Assembly (NCBI GenBank): GCA_977017645.1
Contig: OZ360242.1
Location: 16,368,001 to 16,432,000 of the forward strand
DNA from: Torpedo marmorata
Lineage: Eukaryota
Reading direction: 5' to 3'
DNA: 64,000 nucleotides
Below the pieces are notes generated by a model, which was given only the letters and a program-made list of their open reading frames with translations, was not told the origin of the DNA and ran no database searches. Position 1 is the first letter of the stretch. Each line of letters starts with the position of its first letter. The translations under genes were made by a program, and so were the position numbers. Positions 35,060-49,400 of this stretch are shown piece after piece.

Positions 35060-35840
35060 TGGGATATTGGTCCCCTCAGATTCAGATGTAACCAGTCCTT
35101 TATGTACAGTTCCCTCCTTCCTCAGAAGAGATCCCAATGATCCAGAAATCTAAAACCCTGCCCCCTCAACAATTTTTCAGACACACTGTTGCGGTCACGT
35201 ACTTACCTGCATCGGGAGCGGTGCCGGTCGCCACTGATGACGTAAGCGAAGCGATGCGCGGGATTAATAGCGCGCATGCGCAGGTGTGTTAAGCGTAAGT
35301 ATACAGGTGATCGATCTCGGACGCAGGAGGAGGAGAGTGAGAGTGTCAGGATCACCCGTGCGGCGGTGAGCCAATGAGAAGGTCAGAGGGGTTTGGCTGG
35401 GTGATGTTTTGGGAGTTGAAGAATTCAATGTTGTGTCTGCAGAGTAAAGAAAGTCGACTCCATTTTGTGCTGAAAGAAACGAGTGATTGTATTCTTTCAT
35501 TGTGTGTAAACTGAGTAAATCAGTGCCGTTACAACACATTCATCTGCCAGATCATCCTATTCTTATGATTACTGTACTACCTCTTAATCAGCAATCCCAA
35601 GATTACTACCCTTGAGATCCTGCCTTTCAGCTTCCTACCTAGCTCCCTACATTCCATGTTCAGGACCTCCTCCTTTTACTACTTATGTTGTCAGTACCAA
35701 TATGTACCACGACTTCTGGCTGCTTACCCTCCCCTTTTACAATGCAGTGTACCCGATCCAAGATGCCTATGACCCTGGCACCTGGAGGGAACAAACCATC
35801 CGGGTGTCTCTTTCGCGTCCGCAGAATCTCTTGTCTGCTC
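35060..35840 (-). mobile_element. CR1 ORF1 (esterase-like) fragment interrupted by a solo LTR
   Basis: PGARV....EGKQPEVVVHIGTDNI motif typical of the CR1 ORF1 SGNH-like domain. Confidence 0.65.
35187..35533 (+). mobile_element. Solo LTR (Gypsy-like)
   Basis: TGTTG...TTACA termini; TSD ACAC (35183-35186, 35534-35537); CCAAT and AGTAAA signals. Confidence 0.65.
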
Positions 35841-38004
35841 ATACAAGTGGGTAACGTTGTTGAAATATGTTTGTGTCAATTTGTTTCAAAATTGGAACAA
35901 GCTCTTAATATCAGTGTCTGGTGGCATTTATCCAGCCTCATTTCCTTGCGTTGCTAACAATGTATTTGCCAGCTTTAGCTGTAATAACTCCAATTATTTT
36001 CCTACATTTCAAAAAGATCCCAACATATCAGAACAGTCATATTGCCTATTTTTGCCTATTGTGACCTATTTTGGTCACAATATTCCAGCGAGAGGAAAAA
36101 AAACACATCTTAGCATTTAAATCCTGTCAAGATCTCACTCTCAAATATCAATAATCTTTTGAAAATGCTCCTCGTGTTCATCCATCACTTCAATGGAAGC
36201 ACATAGTCAGTCTCTGTGCTATCTATTTGCTTCCCATCCCAGCATCCAAACCTGGGGCCTTTGAATACATCCTTATGAGGTGCCTCAAGAAGGCATCCAA
36301 CATCATAAAGGATCCCAAAACCCTGGTCGACTCTTTTCATTGCTACCTTAGGGTAGAATCAACAGAAGCTTGAAGACCAGCACCTCCAGGTTCAAGAACA
36401 GTTTCTTTCCAATAACCTCCCCTTGTTTCACTAATCATGGACTGTTCCAACACCACAAAAGGACTCTCTGCACTATTATAACACCACATTTTTTAAGTGC
36501 ACCATTGTAACAGTGAATGTTTCTGATCTCTTTTGTATGCTATTGTGGTTGTTTTTTCATGAAGTACCTGTTCAGCTGTAGCAAGCAAGAATTTTGCTGC
36601 ATAGGTACATTGTACAATATTTCTGACAATAAACTCATTATCATCCCCTTTAAACTGCTGTACGCAGGCAATTTTTCTTTTCCTCTCAGTCCAGATGCAG
36701 TGTCTCAACTTCAGAGACACTGACCTGCACCTTTTGCTTCCACAGATGGTGCTTGACCTGCTGAGTTCTTCTGGTGTTTCCTGCAGGTAAACAAGAAGTC
36801 TGCAGATGCTGGGGAATTCGTGCAGTCCACAAAGGTGCTGGAGGAACTCAGCAGGTCAAGCAACACCCAAGGAAAGCAATAAACAGTTGATGTTTTGGGT
36901 TTGAGCCCTTCAAGTATGCCGAAAATCTGGCAGATGCCAAAACAAGGTGGGGTGGGGAGGGGGAGGAACACAGACTAGCAGGTGATAGGTAGAGACAGAG
37001 GGAGGGGAAAGAAGCCAAGGTGATAAGGGGAGAGGGCAGGGGAACTAGAGGAATGGAATCAGAGGGATGAAGGAAAGTGAGAGATCAGTCAGGGGGTTAC
37101 AAGAAATTGGAGAAGTCAATATTGGGGCCATCTAGTTGGAGACTGCCAAGACAGAATATAAGTTGTACCTGTGAGCTTATGTGCAGCATCTGCAGTTTTT
37201 GTTTGGTCTTCAAGTTTATTATCATCTGACTGTACATATACAACCAGACGAAACAGTGTTTCTCTGGGCCACAGTGCACACACATAGCACATAATTATCA
37301 CATATATACATGTACAAAATAAATATATAAATATTTTCGATTAATTTACTCATCACTCAAGATTCCAATGCACTTGCACGATTTGAATGAGAAAGCCCAG
37401 TCTGTTTTGTCTTGATTCACAGCACGGAATGAACGTGAAAATCAGAAACATTCAAGGAAGCTGCTGTCTGTAAAATGAGAAATAGCCGATAGTTTTGCTG
37501 GGGATAGGATGAGGATAAGTCGAAGAGGAGAAAGTGTGATTATGAATGTAGCAAATAGTATATGTTGATAAATACACAAAGTAAGAAAGAATAATGATTT
37601 TTTTAAAAAAGGAATGAGGGTAGGTTGTGTAAGATAAACGTAGTGAAACACGAAAGTCTGCAGACGCTGTGATTGTAGTCAAAACACAGAAATGCTGGAA
37701 GAACTCAGCCGTTCTTGCAGCCTCCATTCAAGGTAAAGATACATTACCGATGCTGCAAGACCAGCTGAGTTCCTCCAGCATTTCTGGGTTTTGACTTTGT
37801 GTACAATAAACACCAGTCAATCCAGACCGGTGAAAACACATCGAAATGCTAGTGGAACTCAGCTGGTCTTGCAGCGTCCATAGGAGACAAAGATATATTG
37901 ACGACGTTGCTGGCCTGAGCCCTTCCTCAAGGAATAAGCAGATAAGATGCTTATTCTGCTTAGCTTGGGGCCCCGATTATTCTGCTTAGTCCTTGAGGGT
38001 TTAT

Positions 38005-38305
38005 GTCCTTCCAAGTGAAGCAAAATTTCACTTGTGAATCTGCAGGGGTCATCTACTGCATCCGGTGCTCCCGCTGTGGTCTCCTCTACATCGGAGAGAC
38101 TGGGAGCTGTTGAGCACCTCGGCTCTGTCCGCTGCAATCGCGTGGATCTCCCAGTGGCCACCCATTTCAATTCCCTGTCCCATCCCCTTGCCGACATGGG
38201 CTCATGCACTGCCAGACTGAGACCACTTGCAAATTGGAGGAACAAACACCTCATCTTCCGACTGGGCACCGGACGGATGGCACTAACGTCAACTTCTCCG
38301 GTGTG
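38005..38305 (+). mobile_element. Penelope-like GIY-YIG endonuclease fragment
   Basis: Reads FTCESAGVIYCIRCSRCGLLYIGET..EHL..PVATHFNS in shifting frames. Confidence 0.7.
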
Positions 38306-38584
38306 GTGATAAGAGTGCTGGTGATACTCCTGACCACTAAGAGGGAGTCGGAGATGAATGATAGATACAAAAAAATGGCTGCACCACGAGGTCGTGAGTT
38401 GTTAATAAAATTTTGTTAATATAAAAGAACCCAAGTTTCTTTAGTACTTAAAAGAAACATCACATCGTGTTTCACTCATAAAGGTGGCTGGGTTATTCAT
38501 CCTCATCCCACATGGCCATCCCCGCTTACTTTTAGTCACCTTCACCACCACCCCGTCGAGTTTTAGCATTATGTTCCTTGCAGT

Positions 38585-39150
38585 GAACGGCCCACGTACG
38601 ACATTCATCCGCTCCCGCCAGGGAACGCCCGCTGGCGCTTGCCCCGCTCCCCCCACACCCCTCAGAGCGCACGCGCGCTACGCCGCGTCACATGCCGCGC
38701 GCCGCCCGTTCCGACGCGATGACGTCGGCGGCCGGAGGGGAAGGGTGAGCGCCGGTTTGAAGAGGGGCCTCCGGAGAGAGCTGCGTCCAGCATGGCTACC
38801 AAAAGTCGGGCTGCTTCGAGGGACGGAGCGAAAGGTCACGCAGCCCCGGCCGGGGCCGACAAGAGCTGCGTCCTGTGCTGCCAGGAGCTGGAGATTTACG
38901 CCGTGGGCAAGTGCGATCACCCGGTCTGCTACCGCTGCTCCACCAAGATGAGGGCCCTGTGCGGCCAGAGGTACTGCGCCGTCTGCCGCTTGGAGCTCGA
39001 CAAGGTAAAGGGAAAACGTGGGGGGGAGCGGGGAGGGACTGGAGGAAGTGAGCACTCAGCACCGCAGAGGAAGGCAAGGAGGGGAGGGAGTTCGGTGTTG
39101 GAGGGAGGGCAGAGCCTGGCGGGATCATACCACCTCGCTGGTACATGCGC
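38585..39150 (+). promoter_or_regulatory. CpG island / promoter of ZNF598
   Basis: High GC and CpG density around exon 1; GCGCACGCGC (NRF1-like) and TGACGTC (CRE-like) motifs upstream of the ATG. Confidence 0.75.
38792..39004 (+). CDS. ZNF598: E3 ubiquitin ligase ZNF598, coding exon 1 (RING domain)
   Basis: CVLCC..EIYAVGKCDHPVCYRCSTKMRALCGQRYCAVCR matches the ZNF598/Hel2 RING; AAG|GTAAAG donor, phase 0. Confidence 0.93.
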
Positions 39151-39869
39151 CGGGAGTCTGGACTTTGGCCTCATCTCCTGGTGTAGTTGGGCGGGGAGTA
39201 CACGAGCCTGGGGCCACGAAGTAGCTAGCCTACTGATTTATGTTTTAAACTCGGGCACCAAGTGATTTTTCTTTCGTTTAAGTCTCCCGTAGTGTGTGGA
39301 TCAATGCTTTGTACTAAACAGGGATCACACACCCTTTTTGTGCTGTCAGCTGCCGCCTTTCCAAAGACATTGATGTACATGGAAATATAGGGATGCGGGT
39401 GGAAATCAAAAACGATGTTGAAGTTCTCTAATGATTCAGATCAAATCCTTGTTTTGATCTGGCATTGTTTACTAGTAGTCTTATCAGGATCCCGAGATCG
39501 TCTATTTTTTTTTTTACTTACCACTGTGTTTCGCAACTTTCATTAACTTGTGGCAACGCGCCCAAGTGTCACATTAACCAGTATTGTCATTACATACTTA
39601 ACTCGTTTTTCAAGAGACTTTCGCTTTCCCAGTCGGAAGAGCTGGGATCAAGATTTTTGAATCGATTGATCACGTAGCAGGAGATTGCGTAACAAAGGAG
39701 ATTTTTTTTGGTGGACCTGTTTATTCAAATTTATTTGAACGTTGATCTCTTTTTTTTGCTGCTGTGAATTTCTGGTAATTTGTACACCTACCACCATTTA
39801 CAGATATCATGACAATGCTCAAAGTTCCAACCAAAACATTTGTAACGTTTTATCATTGTATGTAGTCTC

Positions 39870-40920
39870 TACTGGAAGCAAGAATGCTTTTCTAGCTATC
39901 TACCAACACTCCTACTTAGTGGAACTTGATCTTGCCCATGACAGCTTCTCTCCACTCCTCATTCCCTCCAAATCCACATTCATGGGTGCCAGTTATGACT
40001 GCCCTTTTGTCAGTATTGTGGAACAGTCCCTGTTCTAATCCTAGTCTGGTACCATTCCCAAACTTTTCCCCTGCTACATAAACGACTGTATTGGTGCTCC
40101 CTCTTATACCCATGCAACACTAGACAATTTTATTAGCTTCTCTGTTAAATTTACTTATTTCTTACATCTTTGACTCCTTTATGGATCTCTCTGTCTCCAT
40201 CTTGAGAGAAATTATTCATGGACAACTATTTTAAACCCATGGACTCCCAGAGCTACCTAGATTATATTTATTTGCTCCCTGTCTCTTGTAAGGATGCTAT
40301 TCCTGAATTCATCTGCCTCCACCATGTGTTCTCAGAATGAGGCCTTCCAATCCAGAATGTGAAATGTCCCCTTTCTTCAAGAAACGTACTTTTATTCCAC
40401 TCTCGTGCCGTTATTGATTGAGCCCTTACCTGTACCTCTCCCATTTCTTGTCCTTCTGTGCTCACCCCACCTTCCACCACCCCCCCCCCAGACATAACAA
40501 GGAGAGAGTCTCCTTTGTCTTCACTTTCCACCCCACCAACTTGATATGATTCTACCACCAGCTCTGTCTTCCCTTCCCTACTCTTGTCTGGTTTTTTTGT
40601 TGCAGAGATCAATCTCCATTACATTCTGGTTCACTCTTTGCTCCCCACCCATCCTTCCACCCTCTAAGGTACTTCCCCTTCACAGGAAGTGCAAGAGTTG
40701 TCCTTGCATGTCCCTTCTCACCTCCATCCGGGGCCACAAGAGAACTTCAGACAAGTCAGAGTTTTGCATGCACAGCATTCAACCTAATCGGCTGCTTTCA
40801 GTGCAGTCAGTGTGGCCTCCTTTACATCAGTGAGACGAAACGTTGATGGGCGACTGCTTCGCTGAGCACCTGCACTCTGCCTGCAGGTCCAAGCTATAAC
40901 TCCCAGTTGCTAACAATTAT
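39870..40920 (+). mobile_element. Degenerate Penelope-like element in ZNF598 intron 1
   Basis: MGASYDCPFV (RT) and downstream FKP/YLDY and GIY-YIG-like remnants. Confidence 0.6.
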
Positions 40921-41204
40921 AAAGGCACTAAGCAACAATTGAGGCAGGGCATTCTCAATTATCCATGGAACAAAAAAAAGCCACTTCTACACAGGCAGTG
41001 AAATCAGGATTCCAACTGATGAAGGGGCTTGATGTTCTCTTGGAAGTGGATTAAATGTGATATCTCTAAGACACTTGTGGGCCAAATTGTTCTGGGTAGA
41101 GATAACCTGTTTATTGGTCACATGTAGCCTTTGTTTCTATTTCTGTAAAAATACTAATATCATTCTTAATGTCAATGTACTTTTCTTTGCCTTGTTCTTT
41201 GCAG

Positions 41205-41317
41205 GTTGTGTTTGTGAAAAAAATTGCTCCATTTTCAACAATAGCAACTCATCAATTCCACCATGAAAAGAAATATGACATTTATATTGCCGATGGAAGG
41301 ATTCATACCCAATTCAG
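41205..41317 (+). CDS. ZNF598: ZNF598 coding exon 2
   Basis: Polypyrimidine tract and GCAG acceptor; VVFVKKIAPFSTIATHQFHHEKKYDIYIADGRIHTQF(R); AG|GTAC donor; frame continues from exon 1. Confidence 0.92.
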
Positions 41318-42396
41318 GTACATCACATTCACTTTTAAAAAAAAATAGTGATCCTCTACTAATTCCAGTTTTGCTTAAGTTCTTTTATTAATTTTTATTC
41401 ATGGCTCTTTAAAGTTAAATGAAACGACATTTTTGTTAGTTCAGTCAGACTCTTGAGGATAGACATACGTTCTCTGTGCATATTGGATATCCTGGAGATT
41501 AAAGCAAATTTGCAACCATGTTTTGTTTTATCATATAAAAATAGGTGGAAATGAAATTGAGGTTATTTTCATGGTGAATGGACCTTGCTTGCAGCATAGT
41601 ATCCAGACAGTCAGTGTGGTCTGGAAAAAAAAAAGTATATTGTGTGAACCGGTAACTAACTTTACCAGTTATAATTGTGAATGAAAATGACTAGTCACAT
41701 TTATTTTATGATAGGCTCATTTTCTTCATAATTTAAAATCTCTATTTTTCGCCATTCCCTGATCTGACTAACTCTTTGAAAAATTATCTGAATGATACTT
41801 AAAACGAAATTGGAAAAGTAGAAAGAAATTCTAGGATCATTTTGTAACAAGGGAATAAGTGCCGAATGGTCTACTTCTGTTCCTTTATCTTGTGATTATA
41901 TTTTACAAAAAAAAGAATGTGGGTTTTTACACAATCCATTGCCTCTCCATCCTTTTGAAGAATTGATCGTGAGATGTGATCTTGTGAGCATCTGTAGATT
42001 TCTGGTACTCCTTTCAATTCTTCATAAAAGATTAATATACATGGCAAGCATTGCAGAATGCCACATCTTTTGCTTCTTAATTTGCATGTTTTTCGGAATT
42101 TCCACGTTTTCCTCCCTGCCCCAAGTTGGGCATTATTTTTGCCTGAGCTTGGTTTAACTTGTTGGGTAGTTTTGGTGTTGCCGCTCAACCTTTTCCTCCG
42201 TGTTTACATTAGACACATACTCCTAAGCATTTTTAGATGGGATTAGGTGAGACACATCAATTTTGAGATTTATTTCACACGTGCATTATTCTTACTTTAC
42301 ACCCAGTTAAATCTATATATTCAATGACACTGTACTAGAAACAGATGTATTGGAATTGTACAGTCTGTAATTTAATGTTGAACTGGTAAAACCATG

Positions 42397-42650
42397 CGGC
42401 GGCACGGTTAGCGTAGTGGTTAGCGTGACACTAACTAGCGTTACAGTGCCAGCGACCTAGGTTCGAATCCAGAGCTGGCTGTATGGAGTTAATACGTTCT
42501 CCCCGTGTCTGCGTGGGTTTTCCCCGGGTGCTCTGGTTTCCTCCTATCCTCCAAAGCATAAGGAGTTGAAGGTTAATTGGGTGTAATTGGGCTGCATGGG
42601 TTTAAATAGCCAGAATCAGCTTCTACCGTGTTGTAAATAAATTTAAATTG
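42397..42650 (+). mobile_element. V-SINE in ZNF598 intron 2
   Basis: A/B boxes and V-domain. Confidence 0.75.
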
Positions 42651-42728
42651 TACAAGACCGTGAAATACAAATATTTCGAATTCAAAATTTTTTTGTTTCA
42701 TTCTTAATTTGTTTCTACAATTTGTTAG

Positions 42729-42858
42729 GAAACTCCTGCAGCATGACTGCTCAGTATGTCTTGAGTCAAGACCCTTTAACACTTTTGAAGAACTGGAGCA
42801 TCACATAAGGAAGCAACATGAGATGTTCAGCTGTAAGCTGTGTGTAAGACACCTCCAG
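42729..42858 (+). CDS. ZNF598: ZNF598 coding exon 3 (C2H2-like finger)
   Basis: TTAG acceptor; KLLQHDCSVC..FNTFEELEHHIRKQHEMFSCKLCVRHLQ; CAG|GTGAGT donor; phases 2 then 0 are consistent. Confidence 0.92.
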
Positions 42859-43099
42859 GTGAGTTACCTGATCCTAGTTTAGAGTGTTGCAGGTAAGTCG
42901 ATATACCTGCCTCTTTCTTTTGTGCATGGTTTTTTTACTGCCAAGAAAACTTCTGTTCATCATTAATACCTCCAAGTGATAGTGATCTGCTGCCTTGAAT
43001 TATTACAATTTTTGATGAAGATAGACCTGGGCTGCTTAATCTGGTGAAGCTGAAGGAATAGCCAAGATGAGACAGTGTACACCTTTTTTGAGGTTGTAA

Positions 43100-45165
43100 T
43101 ATTGAAGACCACAGCACCAGTGGTGAGGACGGCGAAAATATGGTCGAAAGAGGCAGAGGAGCGTCTGCAGGACTGCTTTGAATCGGTGGACTGGAACATA
43201 TTCAAGAACTCATCCATAGACCTGAATGAATATGCAACAGGTGTCACCGACTTCATCAAGACCTGCGTGGATGAGTGTGTGCCCACGCGCAAATACCGGG
43301 TGATCCCCAACCAGAAGCCCTGGATGAATCAGAGCATTCGCAACCTGCTGAAGGCGAGAACAAAGGCGTTTAAGGCCGGGAATCGGGATCTTTACAAGAA
43401 GTCCAGGCACGACCTGCGGAAGGCCATCTCTGAAGCAAAGTGGCAATTCTGGAGGAAGCTAGAGACAGATACATGGCAAGGAGTGCAGGCCATTACAGCC
43501 TACAAAGCGAGGGCGAACACTATAGACGGCTGTGATGCTTCACTACCCGATGAGCTGAACACCTTCTATGCCCACTTTGAGAAGAAGAACCAAACAGTGC
43601 CTACCAGAATCCCTGAAAGCTGAGGACCCTGTGATACCTGTCTCTGAGGGCGACATCAGAACATCATTCAAGAGGGTGAACCCTCGCAAGGCGTCAGGCC
43701 CTGACGGCGTACCTGGCAGGGGACTGAAAATCTGCGCCAACCAACTAGCCGGAGTGTTCACGGACATTTTCAACCTCTCATTGCGGCAGTCAGAGGTTCC
43801 CACATGGTTCAAAAGGGCATCAATCATCCCGGTACCCAAGAAGAGTAGTGTGAGCTGCCTCAACGACTACTGCCCAGTAGCACTAACTTCTACTGTGATG
43901 AAATGTTTTGAGAGGCTGGTCATGGCCAGAATTAACACATACCTAAGCAAAGATCTGGACCCACAACAATTCGCCTATCGTCACAATCGCTCCACAGCAG
44001 ATGCAATATGACTGGCTCTCCACTCAGCTCTGGATCACCTCGAAAACAGCAATTCATACATATGGCTGCTCTTCATCGACTACAGCTCGGCCTTCAATAC
44101 CATTATTCCCTCAGTGCTGGTCCAGAAGCTACAAACTCTAGGCCTCTGTACCCCTCTCTGCAACTGGATCCTTGACTTTCTCATCGGAAGACCACAGTCA
44201 GTACCAATTGGAAACAACGTCTCCTCCTCACTGATTATCATCACAGGCGCACCCCAAGGATGCGTGCTTAGCCCACTGCTCTGCTCGTTATACACCCATG
44301 ACTGTGTGGCCAGGCACAATTCCAATGCCATCTGCAAGTTTGCAGATGACACCACAGTTGTCGGCAGAATCACAAACGGCAATGAGGAAGCGTACAGGAG
44401 GGAGATAGATCAGTTTGTTGAATGGTGTAACGACAACAACCTTGTGCTCAATGTCAGCAAAACCAAGGAAATGATTGTGGACTTCAGGAGTAAGTCAGGG
44501 GAGCACGACCCAGTCCTCATCGAGGGCTCAGTAGTGGAGAGGGTCAAGAACTTCAAATTCCTGGGTGTCAACATCTTCAAGGATCTGTCTTGGAGCCTCC
44601 ACGTTGATGCAATCACAAAGAAGGCTCGCCAGCTGCTATACTTTGTGAGGTGTCTGAGGAGATTCGGTATATCACCGAAGACTGTCGTAAACTTCTACAG
44701 GTGTACCGTGGAGAGCATTCTGGCTGGTTGCATTACTGCCTGGTATGGAGATGCCAACTCTCAGGACAAGAATAAACTCCAGAGGGTTAACTTGGTCTGT
44801 GACATCACAGGCACCAGACTTCACTCCATCGAGGGCATCTACATGAGGCGATGTCTTAAAAAAGTAGCCTCTGTCCTCAAAGACCCCACCACCCAGGCCG
44901 TGCCCTCTTCATTCTGCTAGCATTGGGAAAAAGGCACAGGAGCCTAAAGACGAGCACTCAACGGCACAAGGATAGCTTCTTTCCCGCTGCCATCAGATTC
45001 CTGAATAATCAATGAACCAAAGACACTGCCTTACTTTTCGTGCACTATTATTTATATATATTTTTTATAGTTATGTCGTAAAATGGTTATAATATGAATG
45101 CACTATGATGCTGCAGCAAAACACCGAATTTCATGACTTGTTCATGACAATAAATTCTGATTCAC
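43100..45165 (+). mobile_element. Rex1/Babar-type LINE, 5'-truncated
   Basis: [52 protein letters not shown] and FKFLG; AATAAA plus TTCTGA tail. Confidence 0.85.
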
Positions 45166-45936
45166 ATCAGCCTTTGTCCTTCCAGATGGCAAAGAATGCT
45201 GGCTTACAAGATGCTGTCTAATAAACTTCAGTGCCAGTATATCCTGTAGATGGCCATGATGTATTGCTGGTGGAAGGAGTGGGTTTTTAGTTAGAATATG
45301 GTCTGCTGGTACAAGCTCCTTTCTCCTGTTTTTTTTTCTTTTTCTGTTTCTTGGGATGTCCAAAAGTGCCAGTGGAGCCAGTCCTTTCATTGTTTGTTAA
45401 TAAGTCACCAGCATTCACAGCTGCATGTGACAGGATCTTATAAATTTGATTGTGAAATTGCTTAACACTGTCCAAGCGTCTTACTTTGCGAAGTACCTGG
45501 TGCTGTTCTTGGCATTGCTATTGCTGAATTCTTCAACTGGAGAAAAACTTGGTTTTAGTGGGGAAGTGAGGGATGCAATGAGTCACGAGTTTGCAGGTTT
45601 TGAGTCTGATTACCCACAGTGCATGAGTGTCCAATTTTAATTTTCTAAATTAATTCTTAATGGATCCTAATAGACATTTAGTACTAACAATAAAAGTTGT
45701 CCTTGTTCTGAAGATCAAACTTCACAAAACTAGTAGGAGTGCCTACTGCACAGGGTCGTTCTGAAATAATGCATCTATTGTTGATGGATTGTTTTCTATC
45801 ACTTTAATTTCTCTCTTTTTTTTCCCCCCCCACTACACATGCCATAAGTCAGATCTGCGAGTTTAGTCCTACACGTGAGTCAGTAGCTACTGTTGTTGAT
45901 CCACTCCTGAAGAACATTGAAATTCCTAAGCGAGTA

Positions 45937-46430
45937 CAGGTAGACCCCGACTTACGATGGGGTTCGGTTCCAGGACTCCCATCGTAAGTCGAAAATATCG
46001 TAAGTTGAAAAAATACTGCACTCTACCATTTTTTGTAATTAAACGTTGAAAATCTTTATTCAAAAAACATTTGCACTGAAAAATCCAATACTGTAATGTA
46101 CACAGCGGCCGGGGAGAGGACCCGCGGTCGGGAGCTCGGATGCGCGGGCGGCCTGGGTGTCGGGAGCTCGGATGCGTGGGCGGCCGGGGAGAGGACGCTG
46201 AAAACCTTTATTCAAAAGCTACAGAGACTGCTAGCGTGGTTGCGTCACAGCGTATGCTGAACGCTACTCGCGCGCGATGCTGCAATCGCCAAGCATCGGG
46301 AGAGAGTCGCGTTACTGCGCCGCATATTGCAAGTGCGGGGAAACATCGGAACTTGAAATCAAAACTACGGATTCTGACCATCGTAACTTCAAAATATCGT
46401 GTCGGAACATCGTAAGTCGGGGTCTATCTA
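45937..46430. mobile_element. Tc1/mariner (Tigger-like) MITE
   Basis: TIRs CAGGTAGACCCCGACTTACGATG and CATCGTAAGTCGGGGTCTATCTA; TA flanks. Confidence 0.78.
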
Positions 46431-49400
46431 TATGCGGTGTCCTTGCTTTCCTTCACTTTCCATTGATTCAGCAGCTAAGGGAGAATGATGGATAGTTTTT
46501 TTTACTCGTGTGGACTTGAAGCTATGGAATGTGGCGATTCCAAAGTCTACTCCTTTTAGCTCTCATTTGGGTGTCCAGAACCAGGGGTCCATCAATCAAA
46601 ATTGATTAGGCAGAGGCAAGAAGAAATTTCTTCATCTGAAGGTTATTGAACCTTTGGAATTCTCTGCTTTGGAGAGTGCCTAAACCCCAATGTGAGGTTG
46701 ATTGTGCCAACTTGTGCCAAGTGATTAGTTTTATTCCATTCGTGTTTTTGTTTTTTTCCCAAGCTGTTTGTAATCCATGAGTGAGACGTTAAGTTTTTTT
46801 TGAATATTTTATTTTTTAATTTGCAAAGTTCAAGATATAAACAGGAAATATGCGATTCACAACTATATACAGTACAACATTATCAGTGAACTTTCCCTCC
46901 CTCCCCCCCCAACTGAAAAAGAAAAGAAAATGTACAAAAATGTTAATTTTTCAATCTTTCTGGAGATGCCACACCGTTAAATATTTCTATATTATATTAC
47001 ACTTCAGGGTTTAGATTACAACTGGACTCCCAATATGCTCCAGGTACAGTTGCCACACCTTTACAAATGTATCATATCTATTCCTGAGGTTATATGTAAT
47101 TTTCTCCATAGGAATACAGCTGCGCATTTCTGTTGACCACCGAGTGATTTGAAGGGGGGAGTCGGACTTCCAAGTGACTGCATACACTTTTTTTGCTCTG
47201 GACAAAGCAACTAGCACAAATTGAATTTGGAATTTGGATAATTTGTAGCTTATGTCCATTAAATTTCCCAGGAGATACAACTCCGGGTCCAGTGGAAAGG
47301 CCACCCCCGTAATTTTAGTATATTACATATATCATACCAAAAGGATCGTACCTTTGCACAGGACCAAGGGAGTGCAGAAAAGTTCCAACCTCCCCACCAC
47401 ATCTGAAACACAGTTTCGATATTTTGGATTTGGACCTGTGCAACATTTGTGGCGTGAGATATAGTTGGTGCAAGAAATTATATTGAACCAATCTATATCT
47501 AGCATTAATAACCGTCGTCATACTGTCCCTACACCAATCCGACCAGCAACGCTCATGAATTGTTGTACCCAAGTCCGACTCCTATCTCTCCCTCGATCTA
47601 TGTATACCCGGCTTAGGGCTTTCACTTTGGAGTACATAATATATTCTGGATATAATTTTGAATGCATTTCCCAGTCAAAGTAACTGTTCTACCTCGTTGC
47701 TTATAGGTGGGGTCATTGCAGGACCCCACCTTTCTCGCAAGAAGGATCTTAATTGGAGAAAACTGAAAGGTTCTATTAGACAAATCATATTTATTTTTGA
47801 GTTGTTCAAAGGACATAAGCTGTCCCTTGTCGTAGCAATCTTCAATATATCAAACTCCCTTCTGATACCAAACACTCCATATTTTATTACCCAAAATCAT
47901 TGGTATAAGCTCATTTTGAAATAGAGGTGTCTTGGGGGATATTCCAATTTTTCCCCCAACACACTCATTCATTTCTTGCCATATTTTAATCAGATGTTTC
48001 AGAATAGGGTTGCTCGTTCTTTTTGTAAATAAAGTCCTTAGCTGTTTTCTCCCCTATAGTATCCAGTCCAATTTGAACCCATGAAGGTGTATCACCCTCT
48101 TCAATAAAGGACAAAAGAAACCTCGACTGGGCTGCTAATTAATACTTCTTAAAATCTGGTAATCGCAAACCCCCCAATTTATAATCCCACGTCATCTTTT
48201 CCATGGAGACTCTGGAGACCTTGCCATTCCAAATAAACTGTCTTACATATCCATTAAGTGTTTTGAAAAAAGTTTTTAGCAAAGGGATAGGTAAAGATTG
48301 AAAAAGGTATTGCAGTTTCGGCATCACCATCATTTTGATACAGTTAACCCTGCCCACTAATGTGATAGGTAGGCTTCTCCATCTAAGGAAATCGTCTTCA
48401 ATCTTTCCAAGCATCGGAAGGTAGTTGAGTTTATATAAATTCTGCAAATTATTATCTGTCCTTATCCCTAAATACTTAATGCCTTCCGGTTGCCATTTAA
48501 AGCAACTCCCTTGTTGAAGCTTTTTATAGTCAAATTTCGTCAGTGGCATGATTTCACTTTTATCTAAATTTATTTTACATCCTGAAATCATGCCGAAATC
48601 CTCCAGTGTAGTCTGTAATTTGGCTAAAGACTCAGCTGGGTCTGTTAGATATAACAATACATCGTCTTAAACAAGTTTATCTTGTGGTCCGTCTGGTCCA
48701 CCTTGAATCCTTTTATCTCTGGATCCCTCCTGACAGCCTCCGCCAACGGTTCAATCGCTAATACAGAGTCCTGGAGACAGTGGACAACCCTGCCTACTAG
48801 ATCTATTCAATGAGAATATTGACGACATCTGTCCATTCATTATAATTTTAGCCTGAGGGTTGTGGTAAAGTGTTTTTACCCATTGGACGAACGATTGTCC
48901 CAGTCCAAACTTTTCAAGTACTTTAAATAAAAAATAAAAAAGCCTATTAAAAGCCTTTTCCGCGTCTAAAGACACAGCTATGCTCGGGTCTATCTTGGAT
49001 TGTGCCAAATGTATAATACTAAATAATCTGCCCAGGTTTTTGGCAGAGTGTCTCCTCTTCACGAAGCCGACTTGATCCGAATTTATCAATTTTGGTAGAT
49101 AATCACTTAATCTATTAGCTAATACATTAGCTATTATCTTATAATCCGCATTTAGCAGGTTCATATAGGTCTATATGAAGATGGTTTTAATGGATATCTA
49201 TCTTTTTTTGGTATAACCGTAATAATAGCTGTTGAAAACGACTCCGGGAGGGTCCGTGTCTCCGCTGCCTGGTTAATCACGTCCATAATAAGAGACATCA
49301 AAGGTTCTTTAAATTCTCTGTAAAACTCAGGCGGGAAACCGTCCTCCCCTAGTGATTTATTAGCTTGTAATGTATTCAAGGCTTTTTCAATCTCTTCTGT

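Noticed and set aside
38792-39265. 157-aa ORF as a complete single-exon protein
   Set aside because: Similarity to ZNF598 stops at the GT donor at 39005; the remainder is intron read-through.
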